A stretch of DNA of 64,000 bases from Candidatus Micrarchaeota archaeon. GTDB taxonomy: Archaea > Micrarchaeota > Micrarchaeia > Micrarchaeales > Micrarchaeaceae. The notes below the pieces were generated by a model, which was not told the DNA's origin, ran no database searches, and worked only from the letters and a program-made list of their open reading frames with translations. The stretch lies in assembly GCA_021827605.1 (NCBI GenBank), contig JAKAVF010000031.1:28592-92591 (forward strand), given 5' to 3'. Positions within the stretch are counted from its first letter, which is position 1, and each line of letters begins with the position of its first letter. This document shows positions 34,807-42,997 of the stretch, piece after piece. Both the position numbers and the translations under genes were made by a program.

Positions 34807-35232
34807 GTGATTATGATGAGCGACGAGGAGTACAACAGGCTGCTAGACAGGGCATTTGAGAAGATGCCGAGAGTAGTCGCAGACGTGTCAGACTTCAAGA
34901 TCCCCGCCGTTGACGCGCTCATCCAGGGGAACAAGACGATAATAAAGAACCTAAGCGTAATCGCGGACAGGGCCAGGAGGAAGCCTGAGGAGTTCGCGCG
35001 CTACATAGGCAAGGAGCTTGGGGTCCCGATCACCGTAGAGGAGCAACGGCTCATCCTTTCTGGAAAGTTCTCCAATGACGACCTGAACAAGCGCACCCAC
35101 CGGTTCTTCGAGATCTATGTAATCTGTAAGGAGTGCCACAAACCGGACTCTCACGTCGAGAGCGGAGGCCGCGGAATGTTCCAGTTCGTATGCGAAGCAT
35201 GCGGTGCGAGGTATGGCATCAAGAGCTACTAG
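34807..35232 (+). CDS. eif2b: Translation initiation factor aIF-2 beta subunit
   Basis: EEYNRLLDRAFEKMP, GNKTIIKN and a C-terminal zinc ribbon CKECHKPDS...CEACG. The likely start is the ATG at 34813/34816. Confidence 0.85.
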   Translation: MIMMSDEEYNRLLDRAFEKMPRVVADVSDFKIPAVDALIQGNKTIIKNLSVIADRARRKPEEFARYIGKELGVPITVEEQRLILSGKFSNDDLNKRTHRFFEIYVICKECHKPDSHVESGGRGMFQFVCEACGARYGIKSY

Positions 35233-35260
35233 CGTGAGGGGTCCTTTTTGGAAAGCTGCC

Positions 35261-35473
35261 ATGCTGGTGCTGGTATTCTCGATTGCCATTATACTGGCCG
35301 CGGCCCTAGTTTCTGCTGCGTATCCAAACTCCTCCACTACTATATTCCTAATTGCGACGATACTCTATATCATCGCGTTCGTGATAATCATTGTATTTAG
35401 GCTCAGGTGGATGGCAATGTACCTTGAAAGGAAGGGATCGCTAGTCAAAATAAGAAGTAATAAAAAGCAGTGA
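35261..35473 (+). CDS. Small two-TM membrane protein (hypothetical)
   Basis: MLVLVFSIAIILAAALV and IFLIATILYIIAFVIIIVF hydrophobic segments. The ORF-track start (35204) overlaps aIF-2beta, so the internal Met is preferred. Confidence 0.3.
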   Translation: MLVLVFSIAIILAAALVSAAYPNSSTTIFLIATILYIIAFVIIIVFRLRWMAMYLERKGSLVKIRSNKKQ

Positions 35474-35496
35474 ATAGATAATTGGTAGCAGATAGA

Positions 35497-35817
35497 ATGC
35501 CGAGACCAAACAGAAACGTTGACATGAGGCGCGGTGCACCTGTAGAGTATAAGCTGAAGCTCCCTCAAGGCAATGAGGTTCTCGGCACTGTAACGAAGCT
35601 TGTCGGGGCCACCAAGTTCATAGTCATGTGCCAGGACGGAAAGGAGAGGCTCTGCATAATCCCTGGCCGGCTCAGGAGGAGGTTCTGGATAAAGGAGAAC
35701 GATGTGGTGATTATCGAGCCGTGGGTCGTTCAAAGCGACGAGCGCGGGAACATAGTCTGGCGCTACAGCCCGTTCGACGTCGCCAAGCTCCGGGAAAAGG
35801 GGCTGCTGAAGGACTGA
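35497..35817 (+). CDS. eif1a: Translation initiation factor aIF-1A
   Basis: S1-like OB fold sequence GNEVLGTVTKLVGATKFIVMCQDGKERLCIIPGRLRRRFWIKENDVVIIEPW. Confidence 0.85.
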   Translation: MPRPNRNVDMRRGAPVEYKLKLPQGNEVLGTVTKLVGATKFIVMCQDGKERLCIIPGRLRRRFWIKENDVVIIEPWVVQSDERGNIVWRYSPFDVAKLREKGLLKD

Positions 35818-35828
35818 ACTGCCGTATT

Positions 35829-36695
35829 CTAAACAGGAAGCGCTTTCTCCACCATGAATCCATATTCCGCGATGTTCGCTATGCTGTTCGCTATCTCCAT
35901 GAAGACAAATCCCTCGTGATGCTCCAGCCTAGCCCTCTTGACCATGCTCTTCACTTCCTTTCTCAGCTCTGCTGCCTTGGCTATCAACCTCTCATCGCCG
36001 TCGAAGGCGGAATAGCACAGCGCGAACTGGCTGCCGAGCAGCCGGTATATCTGCCTCTTCTTTGGAGTCACATCAGCGGACGATTCTGCCATCCTGTCAG
36101 AGATAAGCTCGAGCTTGTTGAGGAATACGTAGTATCTCTGGTAGTCTCTCGGCTGTGCAAGGTTCAGGTACCTGGTTCCCATCATGTAGAACCTGTTTAC
36201 CCTTTTCTCTATCTTCGCGACCGTCTTTGGATTCCCGCTAAGAACCTCGGTGAATTCCTGCTCTATTAGGAACTTTATCCTTGCAAGAACCTTCTGCAGG
36301 TCCATGTCCTTAATGTTGGAGAAATCCTCTATGCCTATCTCGCCGTGTGACTGGCTCGTCACCTCAAATCCCGGGCAGTCGGTGCTCAGCTTGTCCTCTA
36401 TTGCGCCAAGCTGCTCCTGCGAGAATCCGTTTTCGGAATAGATCTTCAGCCTACTGGCGCCGTACATATAATTTAGCCCTATCCACCTGGTTATCAGGTC
36501 TGGATCAAGCGACTTGTCAACCGTTCTCGCAGCCTCCCTGCTCTTCAGCTCCTCTGCCGATATCACCAGCTCGCCCCGTTGGCCCTCGGAGACGCTTATC
36601 CTGCTCTCCCTTGAAAGTCTGTGCTTCACCGCCCACTTCTTCGGTATTATGATAGCGAGGCTGCTTTCCCCGAACTTGAAGACGTGTTTCTCCAT
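35829..36695 (-). CDS. AbrB/SpoVT-domain plus PhoU-like regulator (archaeal phosphate-uptake-regulator architecture)
   Basis: N-terminal swapped-hairpin sequence FKFGESSLAIIIPKKWAVKHRL..RISVSEGQRGELVI, followed by a helical PhoU-like C-terminal half. Confidence 0.55.
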   Translation of the reverse strand: MEKHVFKFGESSLAIIIPKKWAVKHRLSRESRISVSEGQRGELVISAEELKSREAARTVDKSLDPDLITRWIGLNYMYGASRLKIYSENGFSQEQLGAIEDKLSTDCPGFEVTSQSHGEIGIEDFSNIKDMDLQKVLARIKFLIEQEFTEVLSGNPKTVAKIEKRVNRFYMMGTRYLNLAQPRDYQRYYVFLNKLELISDRMAESSADVTPKKRQIYRLLGSQFALCYSAFDGDERLIAKAAELRKEVKSMVKRARLEHHEGFVFMEIANSIANIAEYGFMVEKALPV

Positions 36696-36779
36696 ATGTA
36701 TATATGGTATATAGCAAATATATATGCCTTATCCCAATTACATATATACAAGGCTTCACCATATATGTATGGTGATGAG

Positions 36780-38291
36780 ATGGCATTGAGCGCCAAGAAG
36801 ACCCTGCATGAAATGATGGTCGGGAAGAACCTCGAGGACAGCATAGTCCTGCTTACGGACAGCTACAAACTCACGCATTGGAGGCAGTACCCCCCCGGAA
36901 CAGAGAACATATATTCATATTTCGAATCCAGAGGAGGGTGGTTCCCGGAGACCGCTTTCTTCGGGCTGCAGTACATAATAAAAAAGCACCTTGAGGGGAG
37001 GGTCGTTACCCAGGAGATGATAGACTTCGCAGAGATGGTCGCGGAGAAGCACCTTGGCGACAAGAGGCTATTCAACAGGGAGGGCTGGGAATACATCCTG
37101 AAGAAGCACGGGGGCAGGCTGCCCGTCAGCATAAGGGCTGTGCCCGAGGGGAGCGTCGTGCCAACACACAATGTCCTTGTTACCATCGAGTCAACAGACC
37201 CGAAGTGCTACTGGCTGACCAACTATCTCGAGACCCTTCTTGTCCAGGTATGGTACCCTACAACAGTTGCGACGCTTTCGATGAATATGCGGAGAATGAT
37301 AGCAAGCCATCTGCGGAAGAGCGGGAACCCCGGGCTGGTAGATTTCAAGCTGCACGATTTTGGGTTCAGGGGATCGCCTTCTGTGGAAACCGCAGCTATC
37401 GGGGGAGGGGCACACCTCATCAACTTCAAGGGAACGGATACGATTGCCGGGCTTCTCATGCTGATAAAATACTACGGTGCGGATATGCCTGGATTCTCTA
37501 TTCCAGCTGCTGAGCACTCAACAATAACAGCATGGGGCAGGGAGCACGAGGCAGAGGCGATGGCAAACATGCTGAAGCAGTTCCCGAATGGAACGGTTGC
37601 GGTAGTGTCGGATTCTTATGACATATTCAAGGCGTGCAGCGACATCTGGGGGAAGCAGCTGAAGAGACAGGTGCTCGAGAGGGATGGAATCCTGGTGATA
37701 AGGCCGGATTCGGGGACGCCGGAAGTGGTCGTGCCAAAGGTGCTGAAGATACTGAAGCGGAAATTCGGTGCGACGAAGAACGAGAAGGGTTACTGGACCC
37801 TCAATGACAAAGTGCGTGTTATACAGGGAGATGGTGTGAACTATGATTCAGCGCACAGGATTCTCACAGCGATTGAAAAGGCCGGATTCTCCGCAGATAA
37901 CCTAGCATTCGGGATGGGCGGCGCACTGCTCCAGAAGGTAGACCGGGACACGGAGAAGTTTGCATTCAAGTGCGCAAGCGCAACCGTAGATGGAAAGGAG
38001 AGGGACGTCTACAAGCAGCCTGTCACGGATCCTGGCAAGAACTCAAAGGCAGGCAGGATGAAGCTGCTGAGGGCTGACGGCACATTTGAGACTGTCAGCT
38101 CTCGCGCCCCAGGAAAGGATCAGTTGGTCGAGGTGTTCAGGAACGGCAAGCTGCTCAGTGACCAGAAGCTGGACGAGGTGCGCGGGAGGGTGGATAAGTG
38201 GCTCAGGAGAGATGCGGGGGCTATGCCTGAGAAAGCGTACATTCCAAAGGGAGTTTCCGCAGGGAATGGGAAGCTGAAGAGCGTGGCATAA
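36780..38291 (+). CDS. nadV: Nicotinamide phosphoribosyltransferase (NAMPT/NadV)
   Basis: LLTDSYKLTHWRQYPPGTENIYSYFESRGG is the NAPRTase/NAMPT signature. DFGFRG and GDGV motifs are also present. The ORF-track start (36621) runs through the AT-rich promoter, and the ATG at 36780 (or 36765) gives about 500 aa. Confidence 0.85.
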   Translation: MALSAKKTLHEMMVGKNLEDSIVLLTDSYKLTHWRQYPPGTENIYSYFESRGGWFPETAFFGLQYIIKKHLEGRVVTQEMIDFAEMVAEKHLGDKRLFNREGWEYILKKHGGRLPVSIRAVPEGSVVPTHNVLVTIESTDPKCYWLTNYLETLLVQVWYPTTVATLSMNMRRMIASHLRKSGNPGLVDFKLHDFGFRGSPSVETAAIGGGAHLINFKGTDTIAGLLMLIKYYGADMPGFSIPAAEHSTITAWGREHEAEAMANMLKQFPNGTVAVVSDSYDIFKACSDIWGKQLKRQVLERDGILVIRPDSGTPEVVVPKVLKILKRKFGATKNEKGYWTLNDKVRVIQGDGVNYDSAHRILTAIEKAGFSADNLAFGMGGALLQKVDRDTEKFAFKCASATVDGKERDVYKQPVTDPGKNSKAGRMKLLRADGTFETVSSRAPGKDQLVEVFRNGKLLSDQKLDEVRGRVDKWLRRDAGAMPEKAYIPKGVSAGNGKLKSVA

Positions 38292-39908
38292 ATGGAGGCA
38301 TCAACACTAGCGGAGAGGAACCTTGCAGGGCCGAGGCCATATGCAAAGGGAATGCTGGTCGGGAGGTTCCAGCCGTTCCACCTCGGTCACCTTGAGGCTA
38401 CGAAGTATGCGCTCTCGATGTGCGACAGGCTTGTGGTGTGCATAGGAAGTTCGCAGACTTCAGGTACACTCCACAATCCAATGGATGCGGGTACTAGGAT
38501 TGAGATAATACGGGCGGCGCTCGACGCAGCTGGAGTTGCGCGCGAAAGGATAGAGTTCCTGGAAGTGCCTGATTTTGGGAGCGATTCCACATGGATAAAC
38601 TACATAAGGAACAGGCACAGCGACATAGAGGTAGTGTTCTCGGAGAATGAGTGGGTGCAAAGGATATTCAATAGTGAGGGAATAGAAGTCAGGGTCCCTC
38701 CCCTGCTAAGGAGGGCTGAGCTGTCCGGCACTGCTATAAGGAACATGATACTGGAGGGAAGGCCATGGCAGCACCTTCTCCCGCGAGGCTCTGTCCAGAT
38801 TGTTGAGGGCCAGGTGCAGAACATAGCTGATGCACTGAGGAGGAGCACCGGGAAGAACGACCTTATCTCTGACGAGGGCGAGGCACAGAGATACTTTGAG
38901 GGGAGGATAGAAAGCTATCTCGGCAGCGTAGCGCCGGCTATTCTGGGGGGAAACTGCTCCTCGATATCCAGCATAAGATACGTTGGTGCGGGGACAAGGC
39001 ACTTCAATTATCTCGCAGATACGGGCGCAGGCGCGTTCCTGTTCCGTTTCAGTTTGAAGAAGGATCCAGAGGAACATACAGAATACGAGCACACCGCGCT
39101 CAAGCTTATAAGTGGCCTCGGGTTCGCGCCAAAGTCGCTGGCCAAGGAGACGAGGAATTCATTCTTCGGAATCCCGTTCCTTGTTGTAGAGTTCGTGAGG
39201 GGCAAGAGTCCCACAGAGCTGACTCCAGAACTGATAACAGGCACCGCCGAGCTCATGGCGCGCCTGCATAGCGTCGACATCAGCAACGGCATGGCTGCGG
39301 CTCTAGAAAAGAGGATAAGCGAAGATGAGATATTCAATCCAATGGCAGAGAAGCTGGCGTACGTCACGGCGAAGCGTGCGGAGTACCAGAGGGATCCGGG
39401 GTTCACAGATGCGATTGTTTCAGCTTATGGCGCGCTCCGTGCATGCGGGATTCCAAAGGTCGAGAGTCAGTCGATAGGGCACTGTGACATAAACAGGTCG
39501 AACATGGTACTGACGAAGGATGGAGTGCAGCTGATAGACTGGGAGACTGCAGCGATCGTGCCACCGGCTTATGACATAGCCGCTTTCTTCGATAGAGAGA
39601 CGCTCTCTGAGAGGGAGCGGGAGCTCTTCCTATCGAGGTATCTTGAGGTCAGGAAGGACAAATCCCTCAGGGAAAGTCTCGATGCGATGGTGAAGATCAG
39701 GACCTTTGACAGGATGCTCTGGTGCCTGTGGGAAGCATATGATGTGCAGGAAGGTGCGCGCGGAGGTAAATTCCCCTTGTGGAGGACTCCGGAGCTCTAC
39801 ATCGAAGACGCAAGGAGAAGGTTCGGTGCATGCAAGGAGCTTGGTGTCATACCAGAGGACGTTGAATGGGATCCTCCGCTGGTATTAGAAATGAGCGTGA
39901 GCAAATGA
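38292..39908 (+). CDS. nadM: Fusion: NadM-type nicotinamide-nucleotide adenylyltransferase (N-terminal) plus APH/choline-kinase-fold kinase domain (C-terminal)
   Basis: N-terminus: GRFQPFHLGHL (HxGH) and LSGTAIRNM (ISxTxxR-like). C-terminus: IGHCDINRSNMVL (HxDxxxxN catalytic loop) and LIDWETA (metal-binding D). The start abuts the nadV stop. Confidence 0.75.
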   Translation: MEASTLAERNLAGPRPYAKGMLVGRFQPFHLGHLEATKYALSMCDRLVVCIGSSQTSGTLHNPMDAGTRIEIIRAALDAAGVARERIEFLEVPDFGSDSTWINYIRNRHSDIEVVFSENEWVQRIFNSEGIEVRVPPLLRRAELSGTAIRNMILEGRPWQHLLPRGSVQIVEGQVQNIADALRRSTGKNDLISDEGEAQRYFEGRIESYLGSVAPAILGGNCSSISSIRYVGAGTRHFNYLADTGAGAFLFRFSLKKDPEEHTEYEHTALKLISGLGFAPKSLAKETRNSFFGIPFLVVEFVRGKSPTELTPELITGTAELMARLHSVDISNGMAAALEKRISEDEIFNPMAEKLAYVTAKRAEYQRDPGFTDAIVSAYGALRACGIPKVESQSIGHCDINRSNMVLTKDGVQLIDWETAAIVPPAYDIAAFFDRETLSERERELFLSRYLEVRKDKSLRESLDAMVKIRTFDRMLWCLWEAYDVQEGARGGKFPLWRTPELYIEDARRRFGACKELGVIPEDVEWDPPLVLEMSVSK

Positions 39909-40561
39909 CAAGAAGAATCAAGGTAACGGCAAACGATGCGGATGGCGGACCAGTTGCGGGGACAAAGCAATCTATGTACAGCGGAAGGGTCTTCGGAGTG
40001 TACGAGGAGGACATGGTCTACCCCGACAAGACGGTGCACCATGTCGGTGTTGTCACCCACAGGCCATCAGCGGTGATACTCCCAATAACGAAAGAGGGAA
40101 AGATTATCCTCCTAAGGCAATTCAGGGGTCCGTTTGCGAGGAGGATAATAGAGCTCCCTGCAGGGAAGGTGGATGAGGGGGAGGAACCAGAAGCTGCAGC
40201 AGTCAGGGAGCTTGAGGAAGAAACCGGATACACAGCAGAGAGCACAAAATTCCTCTTCAAGTCGCTCCCTACTCCAGGCTATGTCAACGAGGAATTCCAC
40301 TGCTATCTTGTAAGATGCGGCAAGAACATTGGTCAGAAGCTCGAGCCGTCGGAAAGAAGTATAATAGTGATGGAGACATCTGTCGCGGAGGCGCTGCTGA
40401 TGATAAGGGACGGGATAATAGAGGACTCGAAGACGAGGGATGCAATCATGTACTATTACACATTCCTAAGCCACAACCGCATAAGCCTGCGCAAGGGCCA
40501 ACAGGGTAATATGAACGGAGAAGCGATAGAAATCAGCCACGGCCAGCCTCTACTTAAGTAG
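39905..40561 (+). CDS. NUDIX hydrolase, ADP-ribose pyrophosphatase-like
   Basis: Nudix box PAGKVDEGEEPEAAAVRELEEETGY, preceded by GRVFGVYEEDMVYPD typical of the NudF type. The ATG at 39905 overlaps the upstream TGA (ATGA). Confidence 0.7.
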   Translation: MTRRIKVTANDADGGPVAGTKQSMYSGRVFGVYEEDMVYPDKTVHHVGVVTHRPSAVILPITKEGKIILLRQFRGPFARRIIELPAGKVDEGEEPEAAAVRELEEETGYTAESTKFLFKSLPTPGYVNEEFHCYLVRCGKNIGQKLEPSERSIIVMETSVAEALLMIRDGIIEDSKTRDAIMYYYTFLSHNRISLRKGQQGNMNGEAIEISHGQPLLK

Positions 40562-41726
40562 GATTGTGCCTGAGCATCTCCGAGTACGCCTCTGGCGGAA
40601 GGTATCTCCTTATCGCATCCCTCCATCCCTCAGGCCCTATCAGGCTCTTTACCAAGCTGGAGCTGATCTTCGCCACTTCCGGCGGCGGCGTCAGCGAAAG
40701 AGTGATGATTTCAGGTTCGAGGTCGCTATTTATTTCTGCGATCGTCTTCTCGTATTCGAAGTCGGTTCCGTTCCTTACTCCCCTGAGAAGGTATCCCGCC
40801 CCGACCGCCTTCGCGAAGTGTGCTGTATACACGTTCTCGAACGACGCCACTTCCACATTTGGAAATCCTGAAGTCATCGCCTTCAGCATCGCCACCCTCT
40901 CCTGCACGGTGAACGTGCCCTTCTTCGCAGGGTTCACTGCGACCGCAACGATCAGCTTGCTGAATAGCCTTCTCCCACTTTTAATCACCCATTCGTGTCC
41001 GAGGGTAGGCGGGTCAAAGCTTCCCGCATATACCGCAATCTTCGGTGATTCGTCCTTTGGTGAAAGCTGCTCTATCGCCCTCTCCACATTGTCCCTTGCC
41101 CTCGCTTCGTATTCGCCACGGAAGAACTCCGTAGAGAATATGCTCTTTCTGTCCTTGCTGATGAAACGCTCAAGTATCTCCCTCCTCTTAGTATTGTAGA
41201 CTTCGCGCGGAACCCAGGAATATTCCTGCGCTACGCTCCGGTCATAGATATCAAATGCCTCTGCCGGCTGGCCGAGAATCGCAAGGTCTATGTCCTTAAG
41301 GAATTCAGCGTCGCGCTCTAGGTCTGTTGCATGCCTTGTCGAAAGTATGAGGTCCCTAACCTTCTCAGCGAACTCCTTCCCAAGGCCAGCTCCTATCGCA
41401 ACATCCATCGCCCACTTCGCGCTCCTTACTTCGCTGTCCTGCGACCTTGTGTCATAAACCGCATCGTGGAACCAGAGAGCGAAGGCAACAGCATTCGGGT
41501 CCTTCACCTCCATCCTTACTCTATCCAGCTGGTCAAGGCAGAATTCAACGTGTGTAAGGTTGTGATACGCCCTTCCCTTCGAGTACTCCTCGAGCAGAGA
41601 TTCGAACACAGCATTCGGGTCCCCCTTCGCCCCAAGCTCATTCCAGAGCGCAGCCCATCTCGACTCCATAGATGCCCTTTGGCTCTGCCTTGTATTTTCC
41701 ATGTTGAGGGAGAGCTTCCTTCTCAT
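40554..41726 (-). CDS. coaD: Fusion: HD-superfamily (COG4339-like) domain plus bacterial-type phosphopantetheine adenylyltransferase (CoaD-like)
   Basis: N-terminal half: RAYHNLTHVEFCL and ALWFHDAVYD (HD metal ligands). C-terminal half: AVYAGSFDPPTLGHEWVI, LLRGVRNGTDFEYE and ISSSLVK, colinear with bacterial CoaD. The ORF is open to 41855 but that stretch overlaps acyP. Plausible starts are 41726, 41702 and 41669. Confidence 0.7.
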   Translation of the reverse strand: MRRKLSLNMENTRQSQRASMESRWAALWNELGAKGDPNAVFESLLEEYSKGRAYHNLTHVEFCLDQLDRVRMEVKDPNAVAFALWFHDAVYDTRSQDSEVRSAKWAMDVAIGAGLGKEFAEKVRDLILSTRHATDLERDAEFLKDIDLAILGQPAEAFDIYDRSVAQEYSWVPREVYNTKRREILERFISKDRKSIFSTEFFRGEYEARARDNVERAIEQLSPKDESPKIAVYAGSFDPPTLGHEWVIKSGRRLFSKLIVAVAVNPAKKGTFTVQERVAMLKAMTSGFPNVEVASFENVYTAHFAKAVGAGYLLRGVRNGTDFEYEKTIAEINSDLEPEIITLSLTPPPEVAKISSSLVKSLIGPEGWRDAIRRYLPPEAYSEMLRHNPT

Positions 41727-41798
41727 ATTTAAGGCTTCTTCTTTCCGTTTTCCAAGGTGGAAAAAGCAAGATATTAAGATGCAGTCCCAAATAAAAGC

Positions 41799-42086
41799 AT
41801 GGCGAGGGAATTCCTTGTGGTGCATGGTATAGTGCAGGGTGTTGGCTATAGGCACTTCGTATGGAGGACTGCGCTGAAGTTCGGGATAAGGGGATTCGTA
41901 AGGAACGCAGAGGACGGCAGCGTAGAGATTCTTGCAGACGCGGAACCAGACAAGCTCAAGAAGTTCACAGAAGATATAAACGTTGATTTCCAGAACGGCC
42001 CGCAGGTCTTCAGCATAGAGATACAGGACCAGAAGTTAAAGGATTTCGAAAAAAGGAAGTTCGCCGACTTCTCTATCGAGGAATGA
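41799..42086 (+). CDS. acyP: Acylphosphatase
   Basis: VHGIVQGVGYRHFV and GIRGFVRNAEDGSVEI are the two acylphosphatase signatures. 95 aa. Confidence 0.85.
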   Translation: MAREFLVVHGIVQGVGYRHFVWRTALKFGIRGFVRNAEDGSVEILADAEPDKLKKFTEDINVDFQNGPQVFSIEIQDQKLKDFEKRKFADFSIEE

Positions 42087-42852
42087 TATCATCGAACTGA
42101 TGGTGCATGGGCTCTGTCCTAAGTATTTCGGGAGCCGTTCCATGGATTGGAATTTCCGTGCGTATCATCCCTTTTGGTTCTGAAACAACCGCCTCTTCTG
42201 GCTGTTCGCTGGCTTCCGCATTCCCCCTCTTCCCCATCGCCCTGAGTTTCAGCCCCGCCAATCTCAGCCGTATGTTGATCCAGCTCTCATACCTGTTATT
42301 GCTTGAGGGCCTCCAGATCTCGTCCGCAATCTTGTGGATTTTTATCCTGCATCGCCTGCTCATTCTCTCGATCAGCTGCTCGCTCGCATCTGTTACGAGG
42401 ACGCCGTAGACCTCATTGCCGTGCTGTGAATAAAAAGTGGAGAATTTCTCCAAGTCATTCGGCATGAAGATCCTCCAGCTGTGCGGTTCGAAGATCACCC
42501 TTTTCCTATCGATGAAAAGGTCTGTTACAATATCCGGCCGATACGTGTATCTCGAGTACATGTCCTGCCTTACCGGATACCTGACAAGCTCATAGAGGTG
42601 CGGTATGCCAACCTCAGTCAATGCAGTCGATAAACGTCTTTCAAAATTAGTCTTGCAGGAGTTCTCCACCATCTTCGCGAATTCGGGCCACTGGAGTTTG
42701 TTGAATACCCTAACGAGGTCGCTCTCCCTGTTTGTGCTAATCCCTCTTATCAGCCTTCTCATCGGAGCCCTTGCCCCGTCGACCATGGGATACGGTGTTT
42801 GCTCCCGATGACGTGTTGGCGCCTGCACCCCAAAAGCGAGGCCGCTGGTCAC
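42073..42852 (-). CDS. Hypothetical protein with possible PD-(D/E)xK / DUF559-like endonuclease-fold core
   Basis: The spacing of ERRLSTALTEVGIPHLYE...YTYRPDIVTD...RVIFEPHS resembles Vsr/DUF559-type cores. The assignment is weak. The true start may be an internal Met (MVDGAR or MRRLIRG). Confidence 0.35.
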   Translation of the reverse strand: MTSGLAFGVQAPTRHREQTPYPMVDGARAPMRRLIRGISTNRESDLVRVFNKLQWPEFAKMVENSCKTNFERRLSTALTEVGIPHLYELVRYPVRQDMYSRYTYRPDIVTDLFIDRKRVIFEPHSWRIFMPNDLEKFSTFYSQHGNEVYGVLVTDASEQLIERMSRRCRIKIHKIADEIWRPSSNNRYESWINIRLRLAGLKLRAMGKRGNAEASEQPEEAVVSEPKGMIRTEIPIHGTAPEILRTEPMHHQFDDIIPR

Positions 42853-42997
42853 AATATTGCATGGACTGCAAATTATTTATTACTTACCCGGGCAGCTGTG
42901 GCAGTTGGATGCAACATATTTAAAGCAATCGCTCCAATAATTATCGGTTTTTCGTCTTGAAAAGCAAGAAGGGGAAACCGGCAAAAGCGGTGATTTC

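Noticed and set aside
36621-36779. N-terminal 53-codon extension of the NAMPT ORF.
   Set aside because: It runs through the AT-rich divergent promoter and overlaps the start of the phoU-like gene. NAMPT homology begins right after the Met at 36780.
36780-40561. NAMPT + NMNAT + Nudix as a phage-type NAD-reconstitution anti-defence module or prophage remnant.
   Set aside because: There are no phage structural, integrase or terminase genes nearby. The flanks are core translation factors and hppA, and coupling and codon usage look native. It is better read as cellular salvage.
41727-41855. N-terminal extension of the HD-CoaD ORF.
   Set aside because: It overlaps the start of the well-supported acylphosphatase gene and its promoter. 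The HD-family N-terminus (RWAALWNELGA) begins further downstream.
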